A DNA stretch of 64,000 nucleotides from a virus (Duplodnaviria; Caudoviricetes), in the IMG/VR virus record IMGVR_UViG_3300028388_004484, positions 414-64,413 of that record. The stretch is one strand, 5' to 3'. Positions 47,049 to 55,718 of the stretch are shown here, one piece after another. A program made the position numbers and the translations under genes. The stretch's first letter is position 1; each line of letters begins with the position of its first letter. The notes under the pieces are model-generated. The model made no database searches. It had not been told where the DNA came from and worked only from the letters and a program-made list of their open reading frames with translations.

Positions 47049-47558
47049 ATGAACAATTATGAAGTAAAAGACGGACTTACCCCGTCGGAACGGTGGTCCT
47101 ATTTAAAGCAGCGTTATCACGCCTTACAGGATGAATATCCAGAATTAGGGGCCTTCCCTATCGAAAAAGGAAAAACGCGGCGGGCCATTGGACAATGTAA
47201 GTTTAAAAGCCGGCATTCCGGCGCTATTTTCATTTCCTGGCCGTTTATCCAGGTTAACGACCTGGAAAAAATGTGGAAAATCATCGCGCATGAAGCTGCG
47301 CACGCCCTGGCGTCAATACATGATAACGCCCGCGACCATGATCGGAAATTCAAGCGATGGGCGCGCCGGCTTAACGCGCCGGAAGGTCACGCGGTGGACT
47401 TCGTTAATGCGCCGGAATTAAAGTACACTGTATCATGCGTCGCCTGCGGATACGAAGTTGGATATTCCCGCAAACCGAAATATGAAATGTCATGTGCGAA
47501 ATGTTCCCCGGGGCGCTTCGACCCTTCAAAAGTCATGAAAATAAAAGTTAATTGGTGA
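47049..47558 (+). CDS. SprT-like zinc metalloprotease
   Basis: RRAIGQC, HEAAH, H.R.F..W, C-terminal CxxC pairs. Confidence 0.85.
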   Translation: MNNYEVKDGLTPSERWSYLKQRYHALQDEYPELGAFPIEKGKTRRAIGQCKFKSRHSGAIFISWPFIQVNDLEKMWKIIAHEAAHALASIHDNARDHDRKFKRWARRLNAPEGHAVDFVNAPELKYTVSCVACGYEVGYSRKPKYEMSCAKCSPGRFDPSKVMKIKVNW

Positions 47559-47752
47559 TGAAAAAAACGAAGAAGAAAAAACTGATTCCCCGGAACATCC
47601 GGAACCGGAACGCGAAGGCGAAACGACGGCTTTTGAAAAATCGCCGGATCCGGGTTTGTGCGAAAACTATTTGTTTATCCTGAAAAATAAAATCATGCTG
47701 GAAAATCCGATGTATTTAGCAGACCTTCCCGAAAGCATCACACGATAAACGT

Positions 47753-47971
47753 CGTTTGCACGGCTTGCAAACGATTCGCAAACGAAGCCCCGGCGGTCAG
47801 TCTTTTCTGACTTCCGGGGCTTTTATTTTTCGGTCGTTTGCGCCCTTCCCCATCGTCGTTTGCGCCAGTTTGCTAAAGGCTTCCGGCCGATCCGGTCGAA
47901 CCGTTTGGACCGTTTGCAAGTCAAACGATTTTGACGCAAACGAAAAAATTCTTACATTGCAAACGTTTGCA
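47753..47971. repeat. GCAAACG heptamer cluster over the promoter region
   Basis: 9 perfect copies in both orientations, including the palindrome TGCAAACGTTTGCA. Confidence 0.85.
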
Positions 47972-48012
47972 CCTTCCGCGGTGCTATTTAAGAAGCAAAA
48001 AAGACGAATAAG

Positions 48013-49806
48013 ATGGCTTTTAACACCGACAATTCAAGGACTTTTGCCCGCTTTTACGGGCGCTACATGAAGCAGTTTGTTTGGGCGAAGCGCGGCGCGC
48101 ACGTCCTGAACTTCCTTTTTTCCCTTCTTTCCGTAAAAACTTTCATGGAAAGCAGCACTATAAGCCACGCTTTTGGGGTATGGCTTTCGGTCGCTTCCCT
48201 ATCTATAGGCGCCTTCGTAGCGATATGGATTGAAAAGTTAATAGATAGTAATGTCAGCATCTGGGAAGTTCAAAAAGTAAAGGGATATTCCGGGGAATAC
48301 TGGTCCAAAATGAAGCGGCCTATTACCGTTTTAGCCCTTTTTGGCCTTTTCTTAAGTCCTGTCCTTTCCTTTATGGGCGCTACCCTATTGGGCGAAAAAA
48401 CGGCGCCTGAATTCGAATATACGGACATCACAGAATTGAAGCGCGAATACGACGGCAAAAAATACCGTGAGCGGCAAACGTTCGGTGCTGACCGGGCGGA
48501 AATAAAGGAAAGGTATAAAGGCCTTGCCGATGCTGAAAAAGGGCGCTACGCGGGCCTTATTTCCGAATGGCGGAATTACCGGAAGAAGTACAATCGGCTA
48601 AAAGACGCCGGTAATGGCTGGGCCCAGGGTTACATTGACAAAGCCGATGCCAGCATTAAGGACCTGGAAAGCGATCTTTCAATCGCATTGGCGGAACTTG
48701 AAAAGCAGAAAGCTTCGGAGTTATCCGGAATTGACAAAAGAGAATCCGAAGCCGTAACGATGATTTCCGCGGAATATCAGCGGGAAAAAGCAAAGATCGA
48801 AGAAGGCGATGAAAGGAATAAGGGCATTACGGAAACGGTAAAAGGCCTATACTTCTACTTCCTGGTATTCCTGGGCCTTGCTTCTTCCGGTTTTTTGTGG
48901 TTTTACTACCATCTTGCGGCCATCTATTTTCATGGCGCCGGGAAGGAACTACCGGAAGAAGAAGCGGACCCGGATCGCACTGTTATTGAGCGCGCTTTTT
49001 CAATCGCCGGAAAAGCTGTAAACGCCCGCGCAAATAGGTTTTTAGATGGTTTGGAAAAGAAAATCGACGCAGAACCCCGGGCTTCTTCGGCTTCGGTTCC
49101 TTCTTCGGGAAGTTATGCCCGGGATCCGGAAGGCGGGTTTTTCTTCCGGGCTAATGCCGTAACAGAAAGCGACCTGCAAACGAGCGCAAACGATCCGGCC
49201 GGGGTTATGCAAACGAGCGCAAACGATCCGGCCGGATCGGTAGAAGCCCCCGCAAACGGACCCACAAACGATTATGCGCAAACGTCGCAAACGCAGGTGG
49301 AAACTGGGATTCACGCTATAAACGAAAACCCGAATGAGAAAGTAAACGAAGAAGCAAGGGCCGCTTTCGAAGCAGCACGGCAGGCGCTGGAAGATGAACG
49401 CAGGAAGATCCGGGAAGAAGCCGAAGCACGGAAGGCGGAAGCCGAAAAAGACCGTTTGCGGGCGGAAGCGAAAAAGGAAAACCCGGCGCCTTCCGGGCCG
49501 GCCGTCGAAGTCATCGACGGAAAGGTTAAGTTCTACCATAAGAACCGGCAAACCGGAAAGTGGGAATGGAAGGACCGCCGTTCGGTAACGGGAAGTAAAA
49601 GCCGGTACGCGCATTCCGTATTAAACATTGAAACCGAACTTAATCACGCCCGGCGCCGCACTTCCGTTTTCCGGGATACAAACAAATGGTCCGATGACGT
49701 CCTGGCCAAACATATCCGAAGCCTGGAAAAAAAGCTTTCCGGTCATACGGAAAATCTTAACTACTGGACACGGGCGCTACAAATGATTGACGAAATGGAA
49801 AAATAA
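48013..49806 (+). CDS. multi-pass membrane protein with coiled coil and basic C-terminal domain
   Basis: three N-terminal hydrophobic segments, long coiled coil, fourth TM, repeat linker, basic tail. Confidence 0.75.
   Translation: MAFNTDNSRTFARFYGRYMKQFVWAKRGAHVLNFLFSLLSVKTFMESSTISHAFGVWLSVASLSIGAFVAIWIEKLIDSNVSIWEVQKVKGYSGEYWSKMKRPITVLALFGLFLSPVLSFMGATLLGEKTAPEFEYTDITELKREYDGKKYRERQTFGADRAEIKERYKGLADAEKGRYAGLISEWRNYRKKYNRLKDAGNGWAQGYIDKADASIKDLESDLSIALAELEKQKASELSGIDKRESEAVTMISAEYQREKAKIEEGDERNKGITETVKGLYFYFLVFLGLASSGFLWFYYHLAAIYFHGAGKELPEEEADPDRTVIERAFSIAGKAVNARANRFLDGLEKKIDAEPRASSASVPSSGSYARDPEGGFFFRANAVTESDLQTSANDPAGVMQTSANDPAGSVEAPANGPTNDYAQTSQTQVETGIHAINENPNEKVNEEARAAFEAARQALEDERRKIREEAEARKAEAEKDRLRAEAKKENPAPSGPAVEVIDGKVKFYHKNRQTGKWEWKDRRSVTGSKSRYAHSVLNIETELNHARRRTSVFRDTNKWSDDVLAKHIRSLEKKLSGHTENLNYWTRALQMIDEMEK
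49176..49293 (+). repeat. intragenic GCAAACG heptamer cluster
   Basis: 7 perfect direct copies plus 1 variant, in two different reading frames. Confidence 0.85.
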
Positions 49807-49959
49807 ATTTTGGGATTGTGATTTGTTTTATGCCTCTGCCTTAAAAGGGCAGGGGCTTTTTTTTTACCTTTTAGTCAGAAATGTTTGACAATTAAATTAA
49901 AAAGCCATACCTTGCCTTCGTTTTAAGTCATAAAATTTTGATAAATTAAAGCCGAACTA

Positions 49960-50217
49960 ATGGAAGCTACATTAATGAAGAAAATGAGTAGGATTAAAAC
50001 GGGGCAAGATGCCTTTCTTTGGCTGAAGGACCGTTACCTAAAAAACCGGGCCTTACTTAATTTAAGCCAGATCGAAATGTTCTGCGGCCTGGGCGCGACT
50101 TCCCTTTTCCGGGCGATCGAAAGGGATCAAACCGATATGCGCGAAAGTGATAAACTTGTGCGGTTTATCGAATTCCTACAGGACGGAATCCTGCCGGCGG
50201 CGGAAAAAGAAGAATAA
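49960..50217 (+). CDS. putative HTH DNA-binding protein
   Basis: LNLSQIEMFCGLGATSLFRAI; class A-like operator upstream. Confidence 0.5.
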   Translation: MEATLMKKMSRIKTGQDAFLWLKDRYLKNRALLNLSQIEMFCGLGATSLFRAIERDQTDMRESDKLVRFIEFLQDGILPAAEKEE

Positions 50218-50340
50218 AACGGACATTTCCCGGGCGGCCTTTTGTCTTTTCGGTAATATTTGCTATATTTGATAAGCAGAATTTTTCAAATTGGTTAGTT
50301 TTCGCAGGGGCTTCGGCCCTTGCTTTTAAAGCAAGTTGAA

Positions 50341-50565
50341 ATGAACAAAAACACACCAACTCCTTACCTTTTATTCCGGGCTAAGGAAATCGCCGAAGCG
50401 CTTCCGGCGCCGGAAGATCCCAAAAAATGCAAAGTTAAGTCTATTCATCCCCGCCTTCCTGGTCAGGTTCTTAAGCACGCTTCTGGCGCCTACGTTATAG
50501 GGTTCGGTGGCGGAATTGACTTAAAAGTTAACGGCCAGGACTTCCAGGCTATAAAAATAAGGTGA
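50341..50565 (+). CDS. hypothetical protein (start probably 50341)
   Basis: leader AAAGCAAGTTGAAATG. Confidence 0.55.
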   Translation: MNKNTPTPYLLFRAKEIAEALPAPEDPKKCKVKSIHPRLPGQVLKHASGAYVIGFGGGIDLKVNGQDFQAIKIR

Positions 50566-50566
50566 A

Positions 50567-51241
50567 ATGATTTACGTAGGAGTAATGCCGACTTCTTCAC
50601 TTCCGTCAGCGTCACGGATTGCGCATATCGAATTTAAGGAAGAAAAGATGACCGCCGGAAAGATGGTGAAGTACTGGTATGTTTGGGTAATAGACCCGGA
50701 TCGCATTCCGCCGGCCTTCCCGGAAGATACCCTTCAAAAGGAGAAGGTACGCAAGCTGGATAAGATATTTAACCGGCTTAAGAACAAATTTTTAACTCTG
50801 GCCGTGGCTCTTGCCGTAACTCTGGCCGCTACGCCTTCCGGGGCGCAAATTATCTTTACGCCCGGGGATCTGCCATGGATCGACGAAAGCGGAATGTACG
50901 TTTATCCAGCCGAAGTGATAAGCGTATACGATGGCGACACTTTTACGGCGAAAGTCGATTTGGGTTTTTCGGTTTCCGTCGTTCATACCTTCCGCCTTGC
51001 GAACGTCGATACCCCGGAAGTGAGGGGTGCGGAACGTCCGGAAGGGGTCCGGGTCCGGGACTATGTCCGGGGCTTAATCGAAGGGAAGGAAGTATTTCTT
51101 ATGACCTACGACGATAGGACCGGGAAGTACGGGCGCTACCTTTCCGACGTTTGGACGCTTATCGAACTTGAAAAATCCGTTTTTTGGATAAACCTTGGCC
51201 CGCACCTTTTGGAAAACGGGATGGCGGACAAATACGAATAA
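50567..51241 (+). CDS. thermonuclease (SNase-like) with internal TM/signal segment
   Basis: VYDGDT, RLANVDTPE, GKYGRYL. Confidence 0.85.
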   Translation: MIYVGVMPTSSLPSASRIAHIEFKEEKMTAGKMVKYWYVWVIDPDRIPPAFPEDTLQKEKVRKLDKIFNRLKNKFLTLAVALAVTLAATPSGAQIIFTPGDLPWIDESGMYVYPAEVISVYDGDTFTAKVDLGFSVSVVHTFRLANVDTPEVRGAERPEGVRVRDYVRGLIEGKEVFLMTYDDRTGKYGRYLSDVWTLIELEKSVFWINLGPHLLENGMADKYE

Positions 51242-51488
51242 GACCTTAACTTAACCGGATCCATGTGCTAATTTTTGCTATTCTTTTACTCTGCGCGGCC
51301 TTTTTCCTTCGGAAGAAATGGAATCCGCCGGCGGACCTGGAAACCGGCTATTTAGGACCATTAGCCGTAGGAAAGGAAGTAAAAAGCCGGATCCGGGAAA
51401 GATCGGAGCAAAAATAAATTGTCAAAAAAGCTTGACTTTTTGAGATGCTTTATTTAGCTTTACATCATCAACTAAATAACGAGTTAAA

Positions 51489-51980
51489 ATGAAGGACTAC
51501 AAAGTATTTATTCCTTTTCCGATTGTTGCGGTATCTTACGGATATTCGGAAAGTCGAATCGAAAGTATAATACCTTCGGGTGTTTACTCCGTAATTGAAG
51601 ATACGGGATCTTATGAAAAAAACCCGTCGCAAGTATTAATACAATTTGCCGGCGCTGAATTTTGGCTTTACCTTTCCAGGCATACGCCGTGGGATCATTT
51701 CCCCGTCGAAGGCGTATTTCCCGTTTATCAGGATTTTGACTTTTCTTTTCTTTATATGGATGTTTCGAATGAAGAAATGACCGAAAATTTACAAGCCTTG
51801 CGGCCGGCTTCCGCTTCCGTCGAAGAATATGTTTTTGGTGACGCCGACATTTGGGAAGAATGGGAAGGCTTCGGATCGATCCGGGCCGCATGGCTTTCCG
51901 CGGTCATGTACGATAGGTCTTATTATTTTGTTACCCGAAAAAGAATGGACCATATTTTTACAATGGCCCTGGGCGATTGA
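51489..51980 (+). CDS. hypothetical early protein
   Basis: class A promoter at 51420. Confidence 0.6.
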   Translation: MKDYKVFIPFPIVAVSYGYSESRIESIIPSGVYSVIEDTGSYEKNPSQVLIQFAGAEFWLYLSRHTPWDHFPVEGVFPVYQDFDFSFLYMDVSNEEMTENLQALRPASASVEEYVFGDADIWEEWEGFGSIRAAWLSAVMYDRSYYFVTRKRMDHIFTMALGD

Positions 51981-52133
51981 AATAATAGAAGAAAAGCGGT
52001 AAATTGCCTACAAGACCCACGGGTTTCATGCCCTGCCCGGTTAACTAGACTTCATGTCTAGGATGAAACCGGCCGGGGCTTTTTTATTTTCTGCTTTATC
52101 CGATTTGCCGTATATTTCGGGAAAATTATTGCC

Positions 52134-52715
52134 ATGAGTAAAATCGCTGAATTAATCAAAATCTTGAAAGAAGATACCTTGCCCAGGAGCGAAAACCGAA
52201 AAATGGGCCTATCTTTTAATAACCTAATATTTTCCCTGGTCGCTATTTACCCGGAAAGCCGGCAGGAACTTTTCGCCGTTTTCAAAAACCGGCTTTCGGT
52301 AAGGAAGAAGGGGGAACCGGCGGTTTCTAAAAAGTCGGAAGCGATCTTTGGAAAATCGGATATGACGCCGTACATCGACCCGGATTGCCCGGGTTGCCCG
52401 CCGAAGGAGACATCCGGCCCGGGCCTTAAGCCGGTAAAGGTCCAAGCGGAAGAAGCGGAAGAAGCCGACTTCGAACTGCCCGGAGAACTTTACGACGATG
52501 ACGACGACGACGTTATTACAGTTCAGGATGTTCGCGACGTATCGACCCGGGAAGAACTGGATACCTTCTTCGGGGTAGGGGATGTTGCCGACGACATAAT
52601 TATCGAAAACGCCCGGGCCTTTATGGGTTCTTTGGGAAAGGAATATAATTCCCGACTGCGAAGCGTGAATGCTGTTTTAAATGAATTCTTCCGAAAGGTA
52701 ATCGAAGAAGCATGA
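52134..52715 (+). CDS. hypothetical acidic protein
   Basis: first ORF of the tail operon. Confidence 0.6.
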   Translation: MSKIAELIKILKEDTLPRSENRKMGLSFNNLIFSLVAIYPESRQELFAVFKNRLSVRKKGEPAVSKKSEAIFGKSDMTPYIDPDCPGCPPKETSGPGLKPVKVQAEEAEEADFELPGELYDDDDDDVITVQDVRDVSTREELDTFFGVGDVADDIIIENARAFMGSLGKEYNSRLRSVNAVLNEFFRKVIEEA

Positions 52716-53557
52716 CAAAAGATGTAAAAGAACTTCCGGCCGGTTACGTCGAACTGAACACGGAAATAGGGGTCTTTAAGATTCCTATTTCTGTGTCAGA
52801 AATTACCTTTTCGGAATTTCTTGACTTCCGGGCCGCGGAAGATAAGTTCTTTGAAGTTGTATCGCCGGAAAGCTACGAAAAAACGCCGCAGGAAGCCGAT
52901 GCGTCGCCGCTGCTTGACGATCTTTCTGGAATAGACGACTACGACCCGAAGAAGGCAGAAGACGCCCTGGCGGCCATTATTTCCGTCTTTGTCCGTGGGC
53001 CGGTCGAAAAGTTGCCCCTAAATTTCCCCGGTGAAGATCCTTCGGAAGCCTTGCGCCGGCCTTTCGCTTTCGACTTCCTTTCGAAATTCAGGCTTTACGG
53101 CCACCTTTTTTCCCTTATTCGTGACAAAATGGAAGAAGTCGAAAAGGAAGGAATCGATCATACCTTTTCCGCGGAATATAAGGGCGAAGCTTTTTTCATT
53201 GAGCCCGACGACGCAAAAAGGGTTTTAATGCTTAAGACTTACGAAGCCGGCGAAGTCGTTACCATTTCACGTAATGACCAACTTCTTACCGAAGCGATTG
53301 AAAAGAACGGGGATCCTTCCCGGGCGATTGAATTCGAACGAGAACTTAGGGCGATGGCCGTTTTGCTTCGAAAGAAAGGTGAACGCCTTCCTTCCAATAT
53401 CCGTGACTTGACGCAATTTATTGACGACCGGGCGCGGCATTTCTCCGCACTTCCGATGGACATCGTTCTTCGCGTCCGTTTTTTTTTGGCCAGTACCTTT
53501 CAAGACTTGAAAAGAATGGCCATTATGCGCTTTTTATACATGGAGCGCCACGGATAA
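52712..53557 (+). CDS. putative tail assembly chaperone
   Basis: EITFSEF.D start and ..RVRFF end with a T9 slippery site; upstream of the tape measure gene. Confidence 0.5.
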   Translation: MTKDVKELPAGYVELNTEIGVFKIPISVSEITFSEFLDFRAAEDKFFEVVSPESYEKTPQEADASPLLDDLSGIDDYDPKKAEDALAAIISVFVRGPVEKLPLNFPGEDPSEALRRPFAFDFLSKFRLYGHLFSLIRDKMEEVEKEGIDHTFSAEYKGEAFFIEPDDAKRVLMLKTYEAGEVVTISRNDQLLTEAIEKNGDPSRAIEFERELRAMAVLLRKKGERLPSNIRDLTQFIDDRARHFSALPMDIVLRVRFFLASTFQDLKRMAIMRFLYMERHG

Positions 53558-53565
53558 ACCTGCCG

Positions 53566-53796
53566 GTGCGGAATACCGAAGAAGCGAAGGCACGAAGCAG
53601 GGCGGAACGGGTAATAAGGGCCGCTTCCGAACAAACGCAAAAACTTATAGGCCTGCAATGGGTCTACGTAGAAGCGATGGAAAACGGGCTTTTCCAGGAC
53701 GGTAAAACGGATCCTTTTGAAGGGGTTTTTCGGGCGGACTTCGAACAGCTAATTTATTTAATCGGCCTTCGGGCCGGAAGAATTAAGGTACAATGA
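53566..53796 (+). CDS. probable -1 frameshift extension of the previous gene
   Basis: frame is open from T9 at 53479 to 53796. Confidence 0.5.
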   Translation: MRNTEEAKARSRAERVIRAASEQTQKLIGLQWVYVEAMENGLFQDGKTDPFEGVFRADFEQLIYLIGLRAGRIKVQ

Positions 53797-54233
53797 TTTT
53801 TCAGATTTTCGACTTTTGGCTTATTTTAGGGATTGCTTCCATTTCTATCGCCGGCGCGGCTAATGCGGTAATGGATACCCTGGTACACCATTACGACCAA
53901 AGTATTTTCCCGAAGATGGGGAAGGCCGTATGGTTCTGGAATCCGAAGGTAAGCTGGCAAAGAAAATGGAAGGACGGGAAGAAGGAAAACGGCGAAGCCT
54001 TCCCGCTTTCTTCGACGGCGCTTGTTTTTCTTACCGATGGATGGCATCTTTTCCAGTTCATACAAAACCGCTTTTATAACATTGCATTTGGCGCCTTTGC
54101 GATTTCCGGCGTTCTTAATCCTTACGAAGGGCCAGTCTGGGTTTTGTTCGTTTTCATCTTTGTTATGGCGGCCGTGGTCCATTCAGTTTCATTTGAAGTT
54201 TTTTACGGGAAAATACTTATTAAAAATGACTGA
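53793..54233 (+). CDS. membrane protein
   Basis: TM helices; VFLTDGWHLF motif. Confidence 0.65.
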   Translation: MIFQIFDFWLILGIASISIAGAANAVMDTLVHHYDQSIFPKMGKAVWFWNPKVSWQRKWKDGKKENGEAFPLSSTALVFLTDGWHLFQFIQNRFYNIAFGAFAISGVLNPYEGPVWVLFVFIFVMAAVVHSVSFEVFYGKILIKND

Positions 54234-54432
54234 AAAAAAATACCTGCTTGTTCAAGTAGGGGACGGCCCGCCGGAAATCGTAGCGGATACGAAATTTAAC
54301 CGGGCCGTGTATGGCGGCATCGTAGCGAAGGCGGCAAACAAGTTTCAAAGAAGTTTTATTGTTTTCGATGGAACGCTTCCGCAATGCCTGGAAGAATTAC
54401 TTGATTACCCCCGGTCAAAAAACCAGGGGTAA
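54226..54432 (+). CDS. hypothetical protein
   Basis: ATG overlapping the previous stop (MTEKKYLL...). Confidence 0.5.
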   Translation: MTEKKYLLVQVGDGPPEIVADTKFNRAVYGGIVAKAANKFQRSFIVFDGTLPQCLEELLDYPRSKNQG

Positions 54433-54530
54433 GGGGGGACCCCCGGTCAAAAAACCAGGGGACCCCCGGTCAAAAAACCGGGGTATACTATAATAAGTAA
54501 TATTAGTATAAATATAGTCCAAAATGAATT
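54407..54530 (+). repeat. second copy of the origin-like element (3 iterons plus AT-rich tract)
   Basis: ACCCCCGGTCAAAAAACC at 54407, 54439 and 54462; 54493-54524 matches 15864-15895 at 31 of 32. Confidence 0.85.
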
Positions 54531-55195
54531 TTGAACTTTTCAAATTAATCCTTCGGCAAATAGTCGTATCATGGCCGTTACAGGATTCCGGCTTTCGGGT
54601 TAATTGTTTTTCCTTCCTTGACGAAAGCGGCGATATAGCGAAGGACGACTTCGGGCGGAATTATGCAGACTACCTTTCCGGCGCCTTTTGGGCCAGGAAT
54701 TGGTTTCTTTCCGGCGCCGAAGAAAATACGATGCGGCGCGAATTCCCGGCGCTTTTGGTTGAATGGAAGCGGACGTTTGCGCACTCTTCTGCTTCTTCAA
54801 TGGTAGCGGAAGTTTATCTTACGATCGTTCAGGATGAAGATTGTCAGGGGCGCGTTTTAGGAATTACCGAAGTCGACATCGAAAATACGACCGCTTTACA
54901 TAACCTTATTCGGGAACTTCGTTCTTTTTCGGAATATGAGATTGCGGACGGATTTGGTGGAACGGTCAGCGCCTGGATGCCGGAAGCCCGGGCGACAATC
55001 GAAGGATACACAGCTAAAACGGGGTACAATCTTTTATCGCACCTTCTTTACCTTCCGGAAAGCTACGACAATTCCTTTTTTGGGGTCGAAGGCTTTCGTT
55101 CTGCGACCTGCTTCCTTCGGGTCGAAATATGCGAAGAAGGAATTTCATTCGACCATGAAACAAAGGAAGTCGAATTAACACCAATTGCACAATGA
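54524..55195 (+). CDS. putative tail terminator/completion protein
   Basis: position; FPALLVE motif. Confidence 0.4.
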   Translation: MNFELFKLILRQIVVSWPLQDSGFRVNCFSFLDESGDIAKDDFGRNYADYLSGAFWARNWFLSGAEENTMRREFPALLVEWKRTFAHSSASSMVAEVYLTIVQDEDCQGRVLGITEVDIENTTALHNLIRELRSFSEYEIADGFGGTVSAWMPEARATIEGYTAKTGYNLLSHLLYLPESYDNSFFGVEGFRSATCFLRVEICEEGISFDHETKEVELTPIAQ

Positions 55196-55683
55196 GCGCG
55201 GAATTAAGGCGGGCGGTCGAAGCTTCCCTTGAAGCGATTATGGCGGCCGCGGCGCAGGAAATAAGAGATCAGGGCCACGTAGCGACAGGGCGGGGAGTAA
55301 AAAGCCTGGAAAAAAGGGTTCGTGAGGCCGGCAGCGTCATTATAGGCGACGTTCTTATCGAATCTTATATGAACTATGTTGATAGCGGAACAAGGCCGCA
55401 CAGGCCGCCATACGGCCCTATAAGGCGGTGGGCGCAAGCGGTTAAGCCGGGCGCAAATTCAAAGGAATTAGATAGCTTCGCTTGGGCCGTCGTTAAAAAG
55501 ATCGAAAAGGAAGGGACGCCAACGGGTGGATCTTTTCGTTTTTCAAATAATGGCCGGCGCAAAAACTGGTCGAAATTCGCTATTTCCGCTTCCGAAAATC
55601 GTTTCGAATCGATTATGGAAGACGAAGGGTGGATCCGGAAAGCTTTAGATAATGTAATTGAGGAAAGCCGGAAAAGAAGGTAA
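55192..55683 (+). CDS. HK97 gp10-like tail completion protein
   Basis: ATGR...S, YMNYVDSGTRPH.PP, AWAVVKKI.KEG. Confidence 0.65.
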   Translation: MSAELRRAVEASLEAIMAAAAQEIRDQGHVATGRGVKSLEKRVREAGSVIIGDVLIESYMNYVDSGTRPHRPPYGPIRRWAQAVKPGANSKELDSFAWAVVKKIEKEGTPTGGSFRFSNNGRRKNWSKFAISASENRFESIMEDEGWIRKALDNVIEESRKRR

Positions 55684-55718
55684 AAGAAGCAAGGCATATC
55701 TTTTAAAAAAAGTATGCC

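Noticed and set aside
47756-48070. ORF across the heptamer cluster
   Set aside because: TTG start, spans a terminator-like hairpin and the repeat array; more likely regulatory DNA.
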